Positions 8,963-19,444 of a stretch of 64,000 nucleotides of DNA are shown piece after piece. The first letter of the stretch is position 1. Each line of letters opens with the position of its first letter. The position numbers and the translations under genes were made by a program. The notes under the pieces are model-generated. The model was not told the origin of the DNA, ran no database searches, and was given only the letters and a program-made list of their open reading frames with translations. The DNA lies in assembly GCF_032191835.1 (NCBI RefSeq), contig NC_083236.1:72168001-72232000 (forward strand), read 5' to 3'. Source of the stretch: Heteronotia binoei. Lineage: Eukaryota.

Positions 8963-11058
8963 CTGTGCTTACATAGTCAAATTAAATGCAGTAATCGTTA
9001 AGAGCATTAACAATAAAAATACAATCTGTGTTGAAAGACTTTAAATGGTAAACCAGGAAAAGGATCTCACCCGAAGTACAAATATACAGTACAAATTGGT
9101 TTTTTCCAAACAGATACAAAACCACAACAAAATAGATTATCCGTAGACTCATAATGCTTCCTTAAGAGAACTGGCAGGAGAGAAGGGGCGGGCCTAAGGC
9201 TTCAGAGACAATGCAGTTGGTGACGCTTGTGGACAGCAGCAGAGTCACTCCCCCTTCGACTAAGGTGCTGTGCAAGGATTGCTCTGGCTGCCAGCAGGGT
9301 CTGCAAGCCAGTCTGCCACCTTCTGGGCGTCCCACAAGATGCCACCAGGGAAGCCCTCTTGGCCAGCCTACCCTTCCAAGCCAGCCCTGGGGATGGTGCC
9401 GGAGGAAGGCACGTGTGTTCTTGCAGGAAGCAGCCAGCGAGAAAAGGAGAGGGCCAAACTCAAGGCAGGCTGCCGAGGAGGTGGCAAGAGGTTCCGTGGC
9501 ACAGCAGGGGGTGAAAGCAAGCCCCACAGTATTGCACATCAGGGAACCCTCCTGAAGCACTTATCAGGAGCGGACAGGCAAGGGGCTTTTCTGTAGTGTC
9601 TGCTGAAAGGAACAGCTTATTGCTCTAGGAAGCCAGCCCTGCTGTGCCTGCATCCCCCAGCCTTCCTCTGCTAGAAGCAACACTTTGGGGACTGCTTTAA
9701 GCACAGCTGTGTCTCTGTCTCCCAGCACCTGTGCAAGGCAAATGCAGCCTCTGCTGGCCAGGCTGACAATCCTGCACAGCAGAGACAACCAAGGCTCAAA
9801 AAGCCCAAGGGAATTGGAAAGGGGTGGCCAGTTATATGCCACAGCACTTCTCAGATGCCTCCCTCCCCACCCCCAAAACCTGCTCTGGGGCAAGAGGAGG
9901 GCAGCGGGTGGGCAAAGGGCAATCAGGGCTGGCCTGAGGCACACACCACCCAAGGGGAGAGCTGAGTGGAGAAAGGGACAGTGACTGACCCACAGGCAGC
10001 TGGGGATAGTGCAAAGTGCTGGAAAGTGACAGCAGACAAGGACAGGGAGAGGCAGGCAGGTGGACTGAGAGAGCTGCAGTTTCAGGCCAAGAGGGAAGGC
10101 GGGTTCTAGCAGTTGCCCTGAAGGGGGGCTCCAATCTCACAGACAGGAAGAGTCAAGGAAATTCAACAGAGCTCCCCCCTCCCCCACCTACAGAGGCACC
10201 ACGGCAGGCAAGATTCTCTAGCGGGCAGGCAATCCTACGCACTGGTGCTCGAGGCTCAAAAATGATACGGTGGTTTCATTCTCCTGGAAGCACCAGTGTT
10301 CACCTGTTTGTCTAAAGAACCCAACCACATTTCGTTAAGATGCCAACTGCCACTACAAGTCTTAATCCCCTTCAAAGGACTCGGAGATGATCGCAGTAGC
10401 GGCAACATCCTCAGTCCTGTAAGTGTCCCCCAAAAGAGCTTGGGCCAGGCAAGCCGCTAACTGCTGAGCGTGCTCCCCTCAAGTTGCTTCTGGAAGTCCA
10501 TCATTTACAGCTGGCCTAGGATAGGTAGATGCTGAGACAAACTTATTATTCAATGCTGAACTTTTGGAACAGATTGAGCCACAAATATTTCAGAGAGTGA
10601 CATAGTGGACAGGCCAGGGAGGGAAGAGGCTGCAAGGCCAAGAGAACACACAGGGCTAGTGTGGGGGGGGGGGACACCTCCCATTCAATGGAGTGGGAAC
10701 TAACCATTTCTTCTCAGTGCCTTTAACTATCCTGAGGAGGAGGAGGAGCTCCCACTAGTAGGCCAGGCCTGCTTGCCTGAGATGCCCAGAGCGGGCCTGC
10801 ACCCCTCCCCCCGCTCCAGAGCAGAGCAGCAGGACTGGGCTTGAGTGGCGACCTCCCTGCACCAGCCCCCCGCCCCAGCTTCAGCAGGTGTCCCATTAAA
10901 GTGCTTGTGTGAGAAGAGGGCCACCTCTCTCCACATCAGAAGACCTGCTCCCATTCCTCAGCCTACCCTGCGGGAGAGGGGGAAAGGAGGCCTTTGCCAG
11001 TGGAATGATTTCAGGCACACAGCTGGGGGAGGCAGGAGGGAGCAGGGCAGAAGCCTTC

Positions 11059-12954
11059 TTACTTCCCTGCATTTGAACGGCCCTCAATGGACAGCTTGAC
11101 CTCTTGGGGAATGAACGAGGGGCGACTCGAGGGCGAGCGAGGCTCCTCCCCAGGCCTTTGGAAGCTGGGGCCAGCCCAGCCATACTGAGGGGAGCCCAGT
11201 GACACAGCAGCACCCCCCTTCTGCATGGGGCTGCCCGCTCTCGCTTGTGCCTCTCGAAAGCTCTGGCTGTCTCTCCCCAGTCTCTCTCGGGAAGGTCCCG
11301 GGGTGGCCTGCACAGCAAGCCTGCCGTTCAGGCTCTGTAAACTGATGGAGATGCAAACATCACCCACCTGCAGCTGGTGGCAAGGGAGCGCAAAGAGCCG
11401 GGCCGTCCGCTCTGGGCTGCAGGACGACCAGCCTTGCCCATACACAAAGAAGGGATGCTCGGGAGGGACATCGATGCTCACTTTGCTCTGCTGCTCTCCG
11501 ACCACAAAATGCAGCGTGACAAAGCCCTGCCAAGGGCTCTCCTGGAGGTCCACAACAGTGCTGGAGTCGATCTTCAAGCCGCCGCTCACCTCTGCACTGC
11601 GCACAAAGTCTTGGGTCTGCAAGTCCTCCACCCGCTTCAGCTCTCCTGTGGCCAGCTGGATAATGGCTCCTTTCATGAAGTGGGAGGGCAATTGGCCCGG
11701 GGAGGGAGCAGAGTCTGGATCCGGCAGCCCCCCCTGGGCCGGCGCCTCTGGACTGACTCCCCCCAGGCCATCTGGGGCTGCAGGCAGGAGGGCCCTGCCG
11801 TTGGCCAGGATTTGATGGCGGGGGAGCAGCTCCTCCTCCAGAGACTTTGCAGATGAGGACTTCTGCTGGAGGCTTCTCTCAGCAGCAGCAGCTCGGCCCG
11901 GACTCCTCCCAGATCCATCCCCCTGCCCAGGGAGAGCACGATGAGAAAGGTTCAAAGGGCTCCCGCCACCCTTCTGCTGCCCTGAGCAGGCCAGGTGATC
12001 CTGTGAGGAGGCAAACATGCCCACCACCCTCTGCACTTCCAAGTCTGTGTCCGGCGTGCTCCGCTGAGACGTCATGGCAACTTCTGTCCTCAGTGAGGGG
12101 CAGCTGGCTAAGAAGCGACTGTCAGCAGTGGGCTCTGCAGTCGTTGTCCCTGGCAACTGCCCTTCGGCACTGCCACTGCCCATGTCCAGAACCTCATTTG
12201 GTTGGGGCCTCCCCACGCCATTTGCTGTGATGAGTTTGGGGTCCTGCAGTGGGAGCGCCAAGGTGGGATCAGCCACGGGAACCTCAAAGGCAGAGTAGCC
12301 CGTAGGCAGGTGGGACAGCTGATACTGAACGGGAAACCTGCCCTGCCCCACGTCCAGCAGCTGACTCCCGCCGTGGGGCTGCAGGGAAAGGGGGGCAGCG
12401 GTGGTTTTGCCGAAGGTGTGAGCAGGTGGGCCGGCTTCTTCCAGCAGGAGGGGCGTAAATGGCACCAAGTGGGGGATGCGAGAGGCAGTGGGGAAGAAGC
12501 CGCCAGGGGGCAGGGCGTAGGGCACCGAGTAGGGGGAGCCCACAAAGTGCAGCGGGGCTGCTGCCGAGGGGGGCAGCTGGGCGTAGTGGAGGGGTGAGTA
12601 GGGGAGGCCCGAGTGCGGGTGCTGCAGAAGCGGCGAAGCCACGCTGAAGGCGGGAGGCAGCGGGCTGACGCTCACCACTGGCGGGACCGCCACCTTGTAC
12701 AGCAGGCCAAACTGGTCCACCGTCAGGCTGGCCACCCCCTCTGCCGCCCCGCCCTCCCCATAGTGTGGGGGCGCCCCACCTCCTCCTCGTGGCCACTCAG
12801 AGGGGGAGGGGGAGGAGGGGGCCGAGGCCTCGCCGCCCCCGGCCCCCCCAGGGACCCCCCGCCCTCCCCCCCCATCTTCACCGCCAGCAGCCGAGGGCAG
12901 GTCCCGCTTCTTGGGTGGCAGTCGCTCCTGGATGCGCTCCTGCGCCGCTCGCAT
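11059..12954 (-). CDS. ATXN1L: Ataxin-1-like (AXH domain), single coding exon, 631 aa
   Basis: MRAAQERIQERLPPKKRDLP; AXH LPSHFMKGAIIQLATGELKRVEDLQTQDF; C-terminus RPSFIPQEVKLSIEGRSNAGK. First ATG in the exon is 12954; acceptor ctccgcag at 13023. Confidence 0.97.
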   Translation of the reverse strand: MRAAQERIQERLPPKKRDLPSAAGGEDGGGGRGVPGGAGGGEASAPSSPSPSEWPRGGGGAPPHYGEGGAAEGVASLTVDQFGLLYKVAVPPVVSVSPLPPAFSVASPLLQHPHSGLPYSPLHYAQLPPSAAAPLHFVGSPYSVPYALPPGGFFPTASRIPHLVPFTPLLLEEAGPPAHTFGKTTAAPLSLQPHGGSQLLDVGQGRFPVQYQLSHLPTGYSAFEVPVADPTLALPLQDPKLITANGVGRPQPNEVLDMGSGSAEGQLPGTTTAEPTADSRFLASCPSLRTEVAMTSQRSTPDTDLEVQRVVGMFASSQDHLACSGQQKGGGSPLNLSHRALPGQGDGSGRSPGRAAAAERSLQQKSSSAKSLEEELLPRHQILANGRALLPAAPDGLGGVSPEAPAQGGLPDPDSAPSPGQLPSHFMKGAIIQLATGELKRVEDLQTQDFVRSAEVSGGLKIDSSTVVDLQESPWQGFVTLHFVVGEQQSKVSIDVPPEHPFFVYGQGWSSCSPERTARLFALPCHQLQVGDVCISISLQSLNGRLAVQATPGPSRERLGRDSQSFREAQARAGSPMQKGGAAVSLGSPQYGWAGPSFQRPGEEPRSPSSRPSFIPQEVKLSIEGRSNAGK

Positions 12955-13472
12955 CGCTCCCCCACCTCGGAGCCTCCTTCCCGCCGCCAAGAAAGAGAGA
13001 GGACCAGCCGCCGTGGCCTCACCTGCGGAGACACCCCAGGGAAGAGGGGGTCAGAGGAGGCATGGAGGGGGGAGGGAGGCCCGCCAGGCTTCCGCTCCCC
13101 TGCCCAAGTGAAGGGGCTTGGCTTCCCCCCCTGCCTACGGAGGCACCCCAGGGAAGGAGGGGAGGGGGAGATGGGAGGCCCGCAACCCCCCTCCCAGCGT
13201 CCCCTCCCCTGCCTGAGTGAAGTGGCTTGGCTTCCCCCCACACCTCACTAGCCTGCGGGGGCACCCCAGGGAAGGGGAGGGGTCAGAGGAGGCGCAGGGG
13301 GGTGAGGGAGGCCCCCCCCCCAGCCCGCCAGACTGTCAAGCATGGTAAAATTCCATTGACAATTGACTGCTCCATAACACTGGTCTGTGAAGTATCTTGG
13401 AGGAAGGACCAAGGTCCCCCTTCCTGCTTTATTGCTTGGAAAGCAGAAGTAGAGAGAAACAAAACCAATTAC

Positions 13473-13502
13473 CATACATTCCTGTTATGGAGTGCGACAC
13501 AT
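13473..13502 (-). other. ATXN1L: Candidate 30-nt upstream exon of ATXN1L
   Basis: ctaccttctcctgctttccccag|ATGTGTCGCACTCCATAACAGGAATGTATG|gtaatt in the one non-repetitive island of the intron. Confidence 0.55.
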
Positions 13503-13788
13503 CTGGGGAAAGCAGGAGAAGGTAGACATTTATGATCCTTTATGTGTTAGAACTATCCCTTGCCCCCACCTTTGGGAATACTTTTGAAGTAAGCCTTAAA
13601 AGTAGCGTATCAGTGTATTTGCAGCATCACTCCCAAGAATCTGTTACACTGAATCAGCTTATAAATAAACGTAGTTTTGTATCAACTTCAACTCGTCATT
13701 GAAACTGCATTCTTGACACAGGCTTCTGCACCCCTGCCCAAGCCCACCCCCAGCCCAGCCGGCCAGGCTTCCGCTCCCCTGCCCGAGT

Positions 13789-13997
13789 GAACATATGAAG
13801 CTGCCTTATACTGTATCAGACCTTTGGTCCATCAAAGTCAGTATTGTCTTCTCCGACTGGCAGCGGCTCTCCAGGGTCTCAAGCTGAGGCTTTTCACACC
13901 TATTTGCCTGTATCCTTTTTTGGAGATGCCAGAGATTGAACCTGGGACCTTCTGCTTCCCAAGCAGATGCTCTACCACTGAGCCACTGTCCCTCCCT
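13789..13997 (-). mobile_element. tRNA-derived SINE (Squam3-like)
   Basis: Reverse complement of the 40451 copy; A box TGGCTCAGTGG, B box GGTTCAAT, CR1-like tail. Confidence 0.88.
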
Positions 13998-14246
13998 AAG
14001 GGGCCTGGCTCACCCCCGTCTCACCTGCCTGCGGGGGCACCCCAGGGAAGGGGGCGCAGAGGGGAAGGGAACCCGCCACCCCCCCAAGCTTCTGCTCCCC
14101 TGCCCGAGTGAAGGGGCTTGGCTCCCCACCGCCTCACCTGCCTGCGGGGGCACCCCAGAGAACGGGGTGCAGAGGGGAGGGGAACCCGCCACCCCCCCCC
14201 CAAGCTGCTGCTCCCCTGCCCGAGTGAAGGGGCTTGGCTCCCCCCC

Positions 14247-14379
14247 GGCTCTCCAGGGTCTCAAGCTGAGGCTTTTCACACCTATTTGCCTGTACCCTTT
14301 TTTGGAGATGCCAGAGATTGAACCTGGGACCTTCTGCTTCCCAAGCAGATGCTCTACCACTGAGCCACTGTCCCTCCCC
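14247..14379 (-). mobile_element. Partial copy (5' half) of the same SINE, co-duplicated with minisatellite
   Basis: Near-identical to 13865-13997, offset 382 nt. Confidence 0.85.
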
Positions 14380-14994
14380 AAGGGGCCTGGCTCACCCCCG
14401 CCTCATCTGCTTGCAGGGGCACCCCAGGGAAGGGGGCGCAGAAGGCTTCTGCTCCCCTGCCCAAGTGGCTCACCACCACCCCCCGCCTCACCTGCCTGGT
14501 GAAGCTTGGCTCACCCCCCCCCCGCCTCACCTGGCTTGGCTCACCCCCCCCCGCCTCACCTGCCTGCAGGGCCCCCCCAGGGAAGGGGGGAGGGAGGGGG
14601 TTGGCCCGCCACCCCCCCCCCTCGCCCAGCTTCCACTCCCCTGCCTGAGTGAAGAGGCTTGGCTGCCCCCCGCCTCACCTGCCTGCGGGGGCATCCCAGG
14701 GAAAGGGGCGCAGAAGGGAGGGGAACCCGCCACCCCCCCAGGCTTCCGCTCCCCTACCCGAGTGAAAGGGCTTGGCTCCCCCCGCCTCACCTGCCTGCGG
14801 GGGCATCCCAGGGAAAGGGGCGCAGAAGGGAGGGGAACCCGCCACCCCCCCAGGCTTCCGCTCCCCTACCCGAGTGAAAGGGCTTGGCTCCCCCCCGCCT
14901 CACCTGCCTGCGGGGGCACCCCAGGGAAGGGGGGGGGAGACCCGCCTCCCCCCAGCTCAGCCCCGCCCCTGCGGGAGTGAAGGGTCTCGCTCAC

Positions 14995-15887
14995 CCGCCG
15001 CCTCTGCCGTGGCCGGGCTCCTCCATCCCGCCGACTCCTGCCCGCAGCCCCGGCCTGACCCCGCCTCGCAGGGCGCGCCGGAATGCCGCGCTCTTGACCT
15101 CACGACGCTGTGCGCGGCTCTCTCTGATGACGACACCGCCAGAGGCCCGCCCACGGTTGCCGTGGCGCCCGAAGGCGAAGCCAGCCCCAGCGAGACCACG
15201 CCCCCGTCGCCATGGCCACGGCTCCTCCCCTCCCCTCCGCGGTTGCCCCGGAGCCCCTCCCGCCCGGCAGGAGGAGGCCTGCTGCACTGCGGCCTCTGGG
15301 GAGGGGGCGCCGCGTGACAGTTGGCGCCGCCCACCCTCCGCTCCCTGAAGCGGCAGAAGGGGGACAGCCTTCAGGGCCAGCCTCGGCCGGCGCTCCACAC
15401 GCCCTGAGCACAGGTCACGCCTCCTGAAGGCGGCCCCGGGAGGGAGCGCGACTGCTTCCGGCAGGGAGTCCTGGGAGGCGCCGGGGGCGGAACTCTTGGC
15501 GAGGGCGTGCGGAGCCGGCCGGACGAGGCTCCCGGGCACAGCCGCAGAGGTGACTAGGCAGGCGTCTTGCGTCATCAGTGCCCGCCGAGGCGCGGCTCGG
15601 TCGCCGCTGTAAAGACGTCGCGGATGCTTCCGCGAGGGAAACGAGTCCTGAGGCGAAGCGCGGCGGCTGCCGGCGGGCGAGGGGCGGGCGGGGGAGCCGA
15701 CGCGGGCGAGGGGTGGCGGCGCCTCTCTGCGGAGCCGTGCCCGGAGGGCGAGAGACAGGGAGGGAGGGCGGCGGTCCGGGGGCGCGGATACCTCCGCCTG
15801 CGGTAGCGGTGCTGAGGCCGCGCCGCCGCCATTTTGGATGCCTGTCTCCTGCCGCCTTCGCCGCCTTCGCCGCAGGGACCCGGCCCG
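14995..15887. promoter_or_regulatory. CpG-island bidirectional promoter ATXN1L/AP1G1 with non-coding first exons
   Basis: ATXN1L donor GG|GTGAGC at 14994 (-); AP1G1 donor CG|GTGAGC at 15888 (+); YY1-type GCCGCCATTTT 15825-15835; CRE-like TGCGTCA near 15569; GC boxes. Confidence 0.78.
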
Positions 15888-16394
15888 GTGAGCAGGGGGG
15901 GCGGCGCTCTCGGTCTGGGGGTGGCCTGGTCCCCGCACGGCGGCTCGGCCCTGGCAGGGAGGGAGCGGGGGACGGCCGGGCCCGCTTCTTCCTCTCCGCT
16001 CCCTGGGGCGCCTTCGCCCTGCTCGACTCCGCGGGAGCGGCCAGGGCAGGGGCAGAGAGGCCGGGCGGGCGGGCGACGCTGAGTCGGTTCCGAGGCATTC
16101 CCAGCGCCAGAAGAGAAGGTCGCCCGTGCCTTAAGCAGGACGCACTTCCCTGTCCAGAGGCGCAAAGCCTGGGCCCTGCTCGTCGCCCTGGGTGGACCCG
16201 CCCGCTGCACTTTCATGCTTGTGGTGCTGAGGAGGAAGACGACTACTGCAGCTAGAAACAGCTCCGCTCTGCGGGGAGGCCGTGGGAGAGTGAAAATTGT
16301 TTCTTTCCCAGACTTGCAGATTTGGAGTTTCCTTCCCTTACATAGTTCTGATTACATATCTGCACAGCCTATAATGTGTCCTGCGCTTTGTGAT

Positions 16395-16778
16395 GTGCTT
16401 AGGGATGACATGATAGAGGTTTACAAGATAATGCATGGGATGGAGAAAGCAGAGAAAGAAGTACTTTTCCCCCTTTCTCACAATACAAGAATTCGTGGGC
16501 ATTTGATGAAATTGCTGAGCAGTCAGGTTAAAACGGATAAAAGGAAGTCCTTCTTCACCCAAAGGGTGATTAACATGTGGAATTCACTGCCACAGGAGGT
16601 GGTGGCGGCCACAAGCATAGCCACCTTCAAGAGGGGTTTAGATAAAAATATGGAGCAGAGGTCCATCAGTGGCTATTAGCCACAGTGTGTGTGTATATAT
16701 AAATTTTTTTGCCACTGTGTGACACAGAGTGTTGGACTGGATGGGCCATTGGCCTGATCCAACATGGCTTCTCTTATG
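16395..16778 (+). mobile_element. 5'-truncated CR1 LINE (ORF2 C-terminus + 3' UTR)
   Basis: DMIEVYKIMHGMEK...FFTQRVINMWNSLPQEVVAA; siblings at 22627, 48688, 53897. Confidence 0.92.
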
Positions 16779-17613
16779 TGACACAGAGTGTTGGACTGGC
16801 TGGGCCATTGGCCTGATCCAACAGGGCTTCTCTTATGTTCTTCTGTGACACAGAGTGTTGGACTGGATGGGCCATTGGCCTGATCCAACAGGGCTTCTCT
16901 TATGTCCTTATGTGACACAGAGTGTTGGACTGGATGGGCCACTGGCCTGATCCAACAGGGCTTCTCTTATGTGACACAGAGTGTTGGACTGGATGGGCCA
17001 CTGGCCTGATCCAATAGGGCTTCTCTTATGTTCTTATGTGACACAGAGTGTTGGACTGGAGGGGCCACTGGCCTGATCCAACAGGGCTCTTCTTATGTGA
17101 CACAGAGTGTTGGACTGGATGTGCCATTGGCCTGATCCAACAGGGCTTCTCTTCTGTTCTTCTGTGACACAGAGTGTTGGACTGGATGGGCCATTGGCCT
17201 GATCCAACAGGGCTTCTCTTATGTGACACAGAGTGTTGGACTGGATGGGCCATTGGCCTGATCCAACAGGGCTTCTCTTATGTTCTTATGTGACACAGAG
17301 TGTTGGACTGGAGGGGCCATTGGCCTGATCCAACAGGGCTTCTCTTCTGTTCTTCTGTGACACAGAGTGTTGGACTGGAGGGGCTATTGGCCTGATCCAA
17401 CAGGGCTTCTCTTATGTTCTTCTGTGACATAGAGTGTTGGACTGGATGGGCCACTAGCCTGATCCAACATGGCTTCTGTTATGTTCTTCTGTGACACAGA
17501 GTGTTGGACTGGAGGGGCCGCTGGCCTGATCCAACATGGCTTCTCTTATGTGACACAGAGTGTTGGACTGGATGGGCCATTGGCCTGATCTAACATGGCT
17601 TCTCTTATGTTCT
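16720..17613 (+). repeat. 14-copy tandem array of the CR1 3'-terminal stem-loop (59/67-bp units)
   Basis: TGACACAGAGTGTTGGACTGGATGGGCCATTGGCCTGATCCAACA(T/G)GGCTTCTCTTATG with or without an extra octamer; copies counted by eye. Confidence 0.95.
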
Positions 17614-19444
17614 AAGGGGAGGAGTGTTGATGTTGTCTTAACATACAGGCAATCTGGAGCCGGGTGGGGATGATTTCTTAGAGTTGAGATTGGCACCTCT
17701 GGGTCCTTCCTAGACATACAGGGAACATTTTGTGTACATTCGTTAAGCAGAGCTTCTGAGAGAGGAAGTGAGAGTGCTCCACTGCTCACTTCCTCCCTGC
17801 TCTGCAAACAAGTTGTTGGAGGTCAGAGCAGGAAGAAGAATGAAGGAAGGTAACAGAGTAGAGACTGCACAAAAGAGGGACTGGCAATGCTGTTCTTCAC
17901 TTGGTGATGTGGGCAGATTACATCAGCTCCTGTTGCCCATGAGGAACTAGTATGATATAATGGTGAAAGTGTTGCATTAGGATCTGGCAGCCTGGGTGAA
18001 AACCCCCAGTTTCCCATGAAGTTTGGCTGGGCCAGCCTTTCTCTCTCTCTCACCTCACAGGCTTATTCTGAGGGTAAGAAAAGGGAGGGAGATTCATGCA
18101 CACAACTCTCACCTCCTGGAGGAAGGGCAGACTAAAAATTTAATAGGTAGATGTGGGCAGCGGTCTGCAAGGCAGGGGTACCCACCTTCCATTCCTTCCC
18201 CCTCCTCCCCTCCCACTGCCATGACCTCTTCTTTGCCGTTTTCTCCCCCTTCCCTTAATTAGTCTTTAATTTTTTTACATTTGGTTGTAAAGCCAATGTT
18301 GATTTCATTTGATTTTGGTTGACTTGTTAAATTTATGTTACAGTAACTGCAGACCCACATACATTGCTTCTCCCATTTAATTTTTAAAAGAAAAATGCAG
18401 TTGTTTGGATTTTCCTGCTAACTTGAGGGGTTGGGGGTCCTGGGTTTGGAAAAATCCTCCCTACATTTATTTGGCCCCATTATGTGGACTACTTCATCTT
18501 TGTATCTAGGCTTATGTTAGGATTTGGATCTGGAGGGAGGGGTGCTGACTCCTTTGCCCAGGGAGCTGCTAGGGAAGTTAATTATTGTGTGAGAGCATGA
18601 CTTTCATTCTTGCTGAGTTAAAAAGGATAACGCAAATGCTGCTGAATGTCTCAAACGCACTTGATACCTGCATTTAATTTTTGATGAACTTATATTTGCT
18701 TATGACCTTTGCACCCCTGGTCTTTTTAAATGACGGTTTAGTCTTTCTTACCTCTCTATGTCTGATTCACCCTCTCCAAATACTTACGTAGTGCTCCTCG
18801 CGCTCCCTTCAGCCCTTGCCCCAAAACTCAGTTTTCCTCCACACTTTTTGTTAAAACTTTTGGTCTTCATTGTAAATTGAAGCAAAGCCTAAGAGTGCAT
18901 AACACAAATGCAGATTCCTCAGCTTCTTTGCTCTGCTGTCATCATTCAGGTTGAGTATGGGCAGCTGACAAAACAGATGGCTTCAGTTACCTGCACTGGT
19001 TGTCTAAATTCGATAGATGACCACACATAATTTCAGTGTGTTTTTGGTGCATCTTGAAAGTTCCCTTGGAGCACATTTGAAGGCATGGCGAAACTGTTAG
19101 ATTCAGTAGATTTCTGTCTCGTTCAGAAGTGCATTTGCTATTTTTTTCTATTGTATATAGGAAGTTATTTAAGATTTGTAAAGTTTATAACTGTTGACAC
19201 TTTCATTTTTAGATGTCTGTATCTCAGTTTTGTTGCTGATGTATTGTCAGTTTCATTCCAGTGGTCTTACTTTGTGAAACAGCTTTTCAAGTCCAGCGGG
19301 TTATTCAACATTTTTAGGCAGTTCTTTAGGGTTTTTGCAGTTAGCAGGTGTTGGTTTTGGGGACATCTTTAAAGGTGTAGTATGAAACTGAGGGCAGACA
19401 GTTCTCTTGTGCAAACCAAGCTTGATTGAACACTGCTGGATGGA

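Larger units (their letters stand above)
13017..14985. repeat. GC-rich minisatellite (~112-bp unit) in ATXN1L 5' intron, interrupted by unique DNA and a SINE
   Basis: cctcacctgcctgcgggggcaccccaggg...gagtgaaggggcttggctc units; cleanest starts at 14673, 14785, 14898. Confidence 0.92.

Noticed and set aside
12955-12990. ATXN1L start at 12990 as in the ORF track
   Set aside because: That codon is TTG; the orthologous Met is at 12954
11225-13251. + strand ORFs overlapping ATXN1L
   Set aside because: Antisense shadows of a GC-rich CDS; no independent support
13936-15348. Repetitive Pro/Gly-rich ORFs (RLTCLRGHPRE...)
   Set aside because: Translations of the minisatellite and SINE
14991-16255. Several 200-315 aa ORFs on both strands
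   Set aside because: CpG-island shadow ORFs with no recognisable domain
16720-17613. CRISPR-like array
   Set aside because: No unique spacers; units are contiguous copies of the CR1 3' end; eukaryotic context and no cas genes
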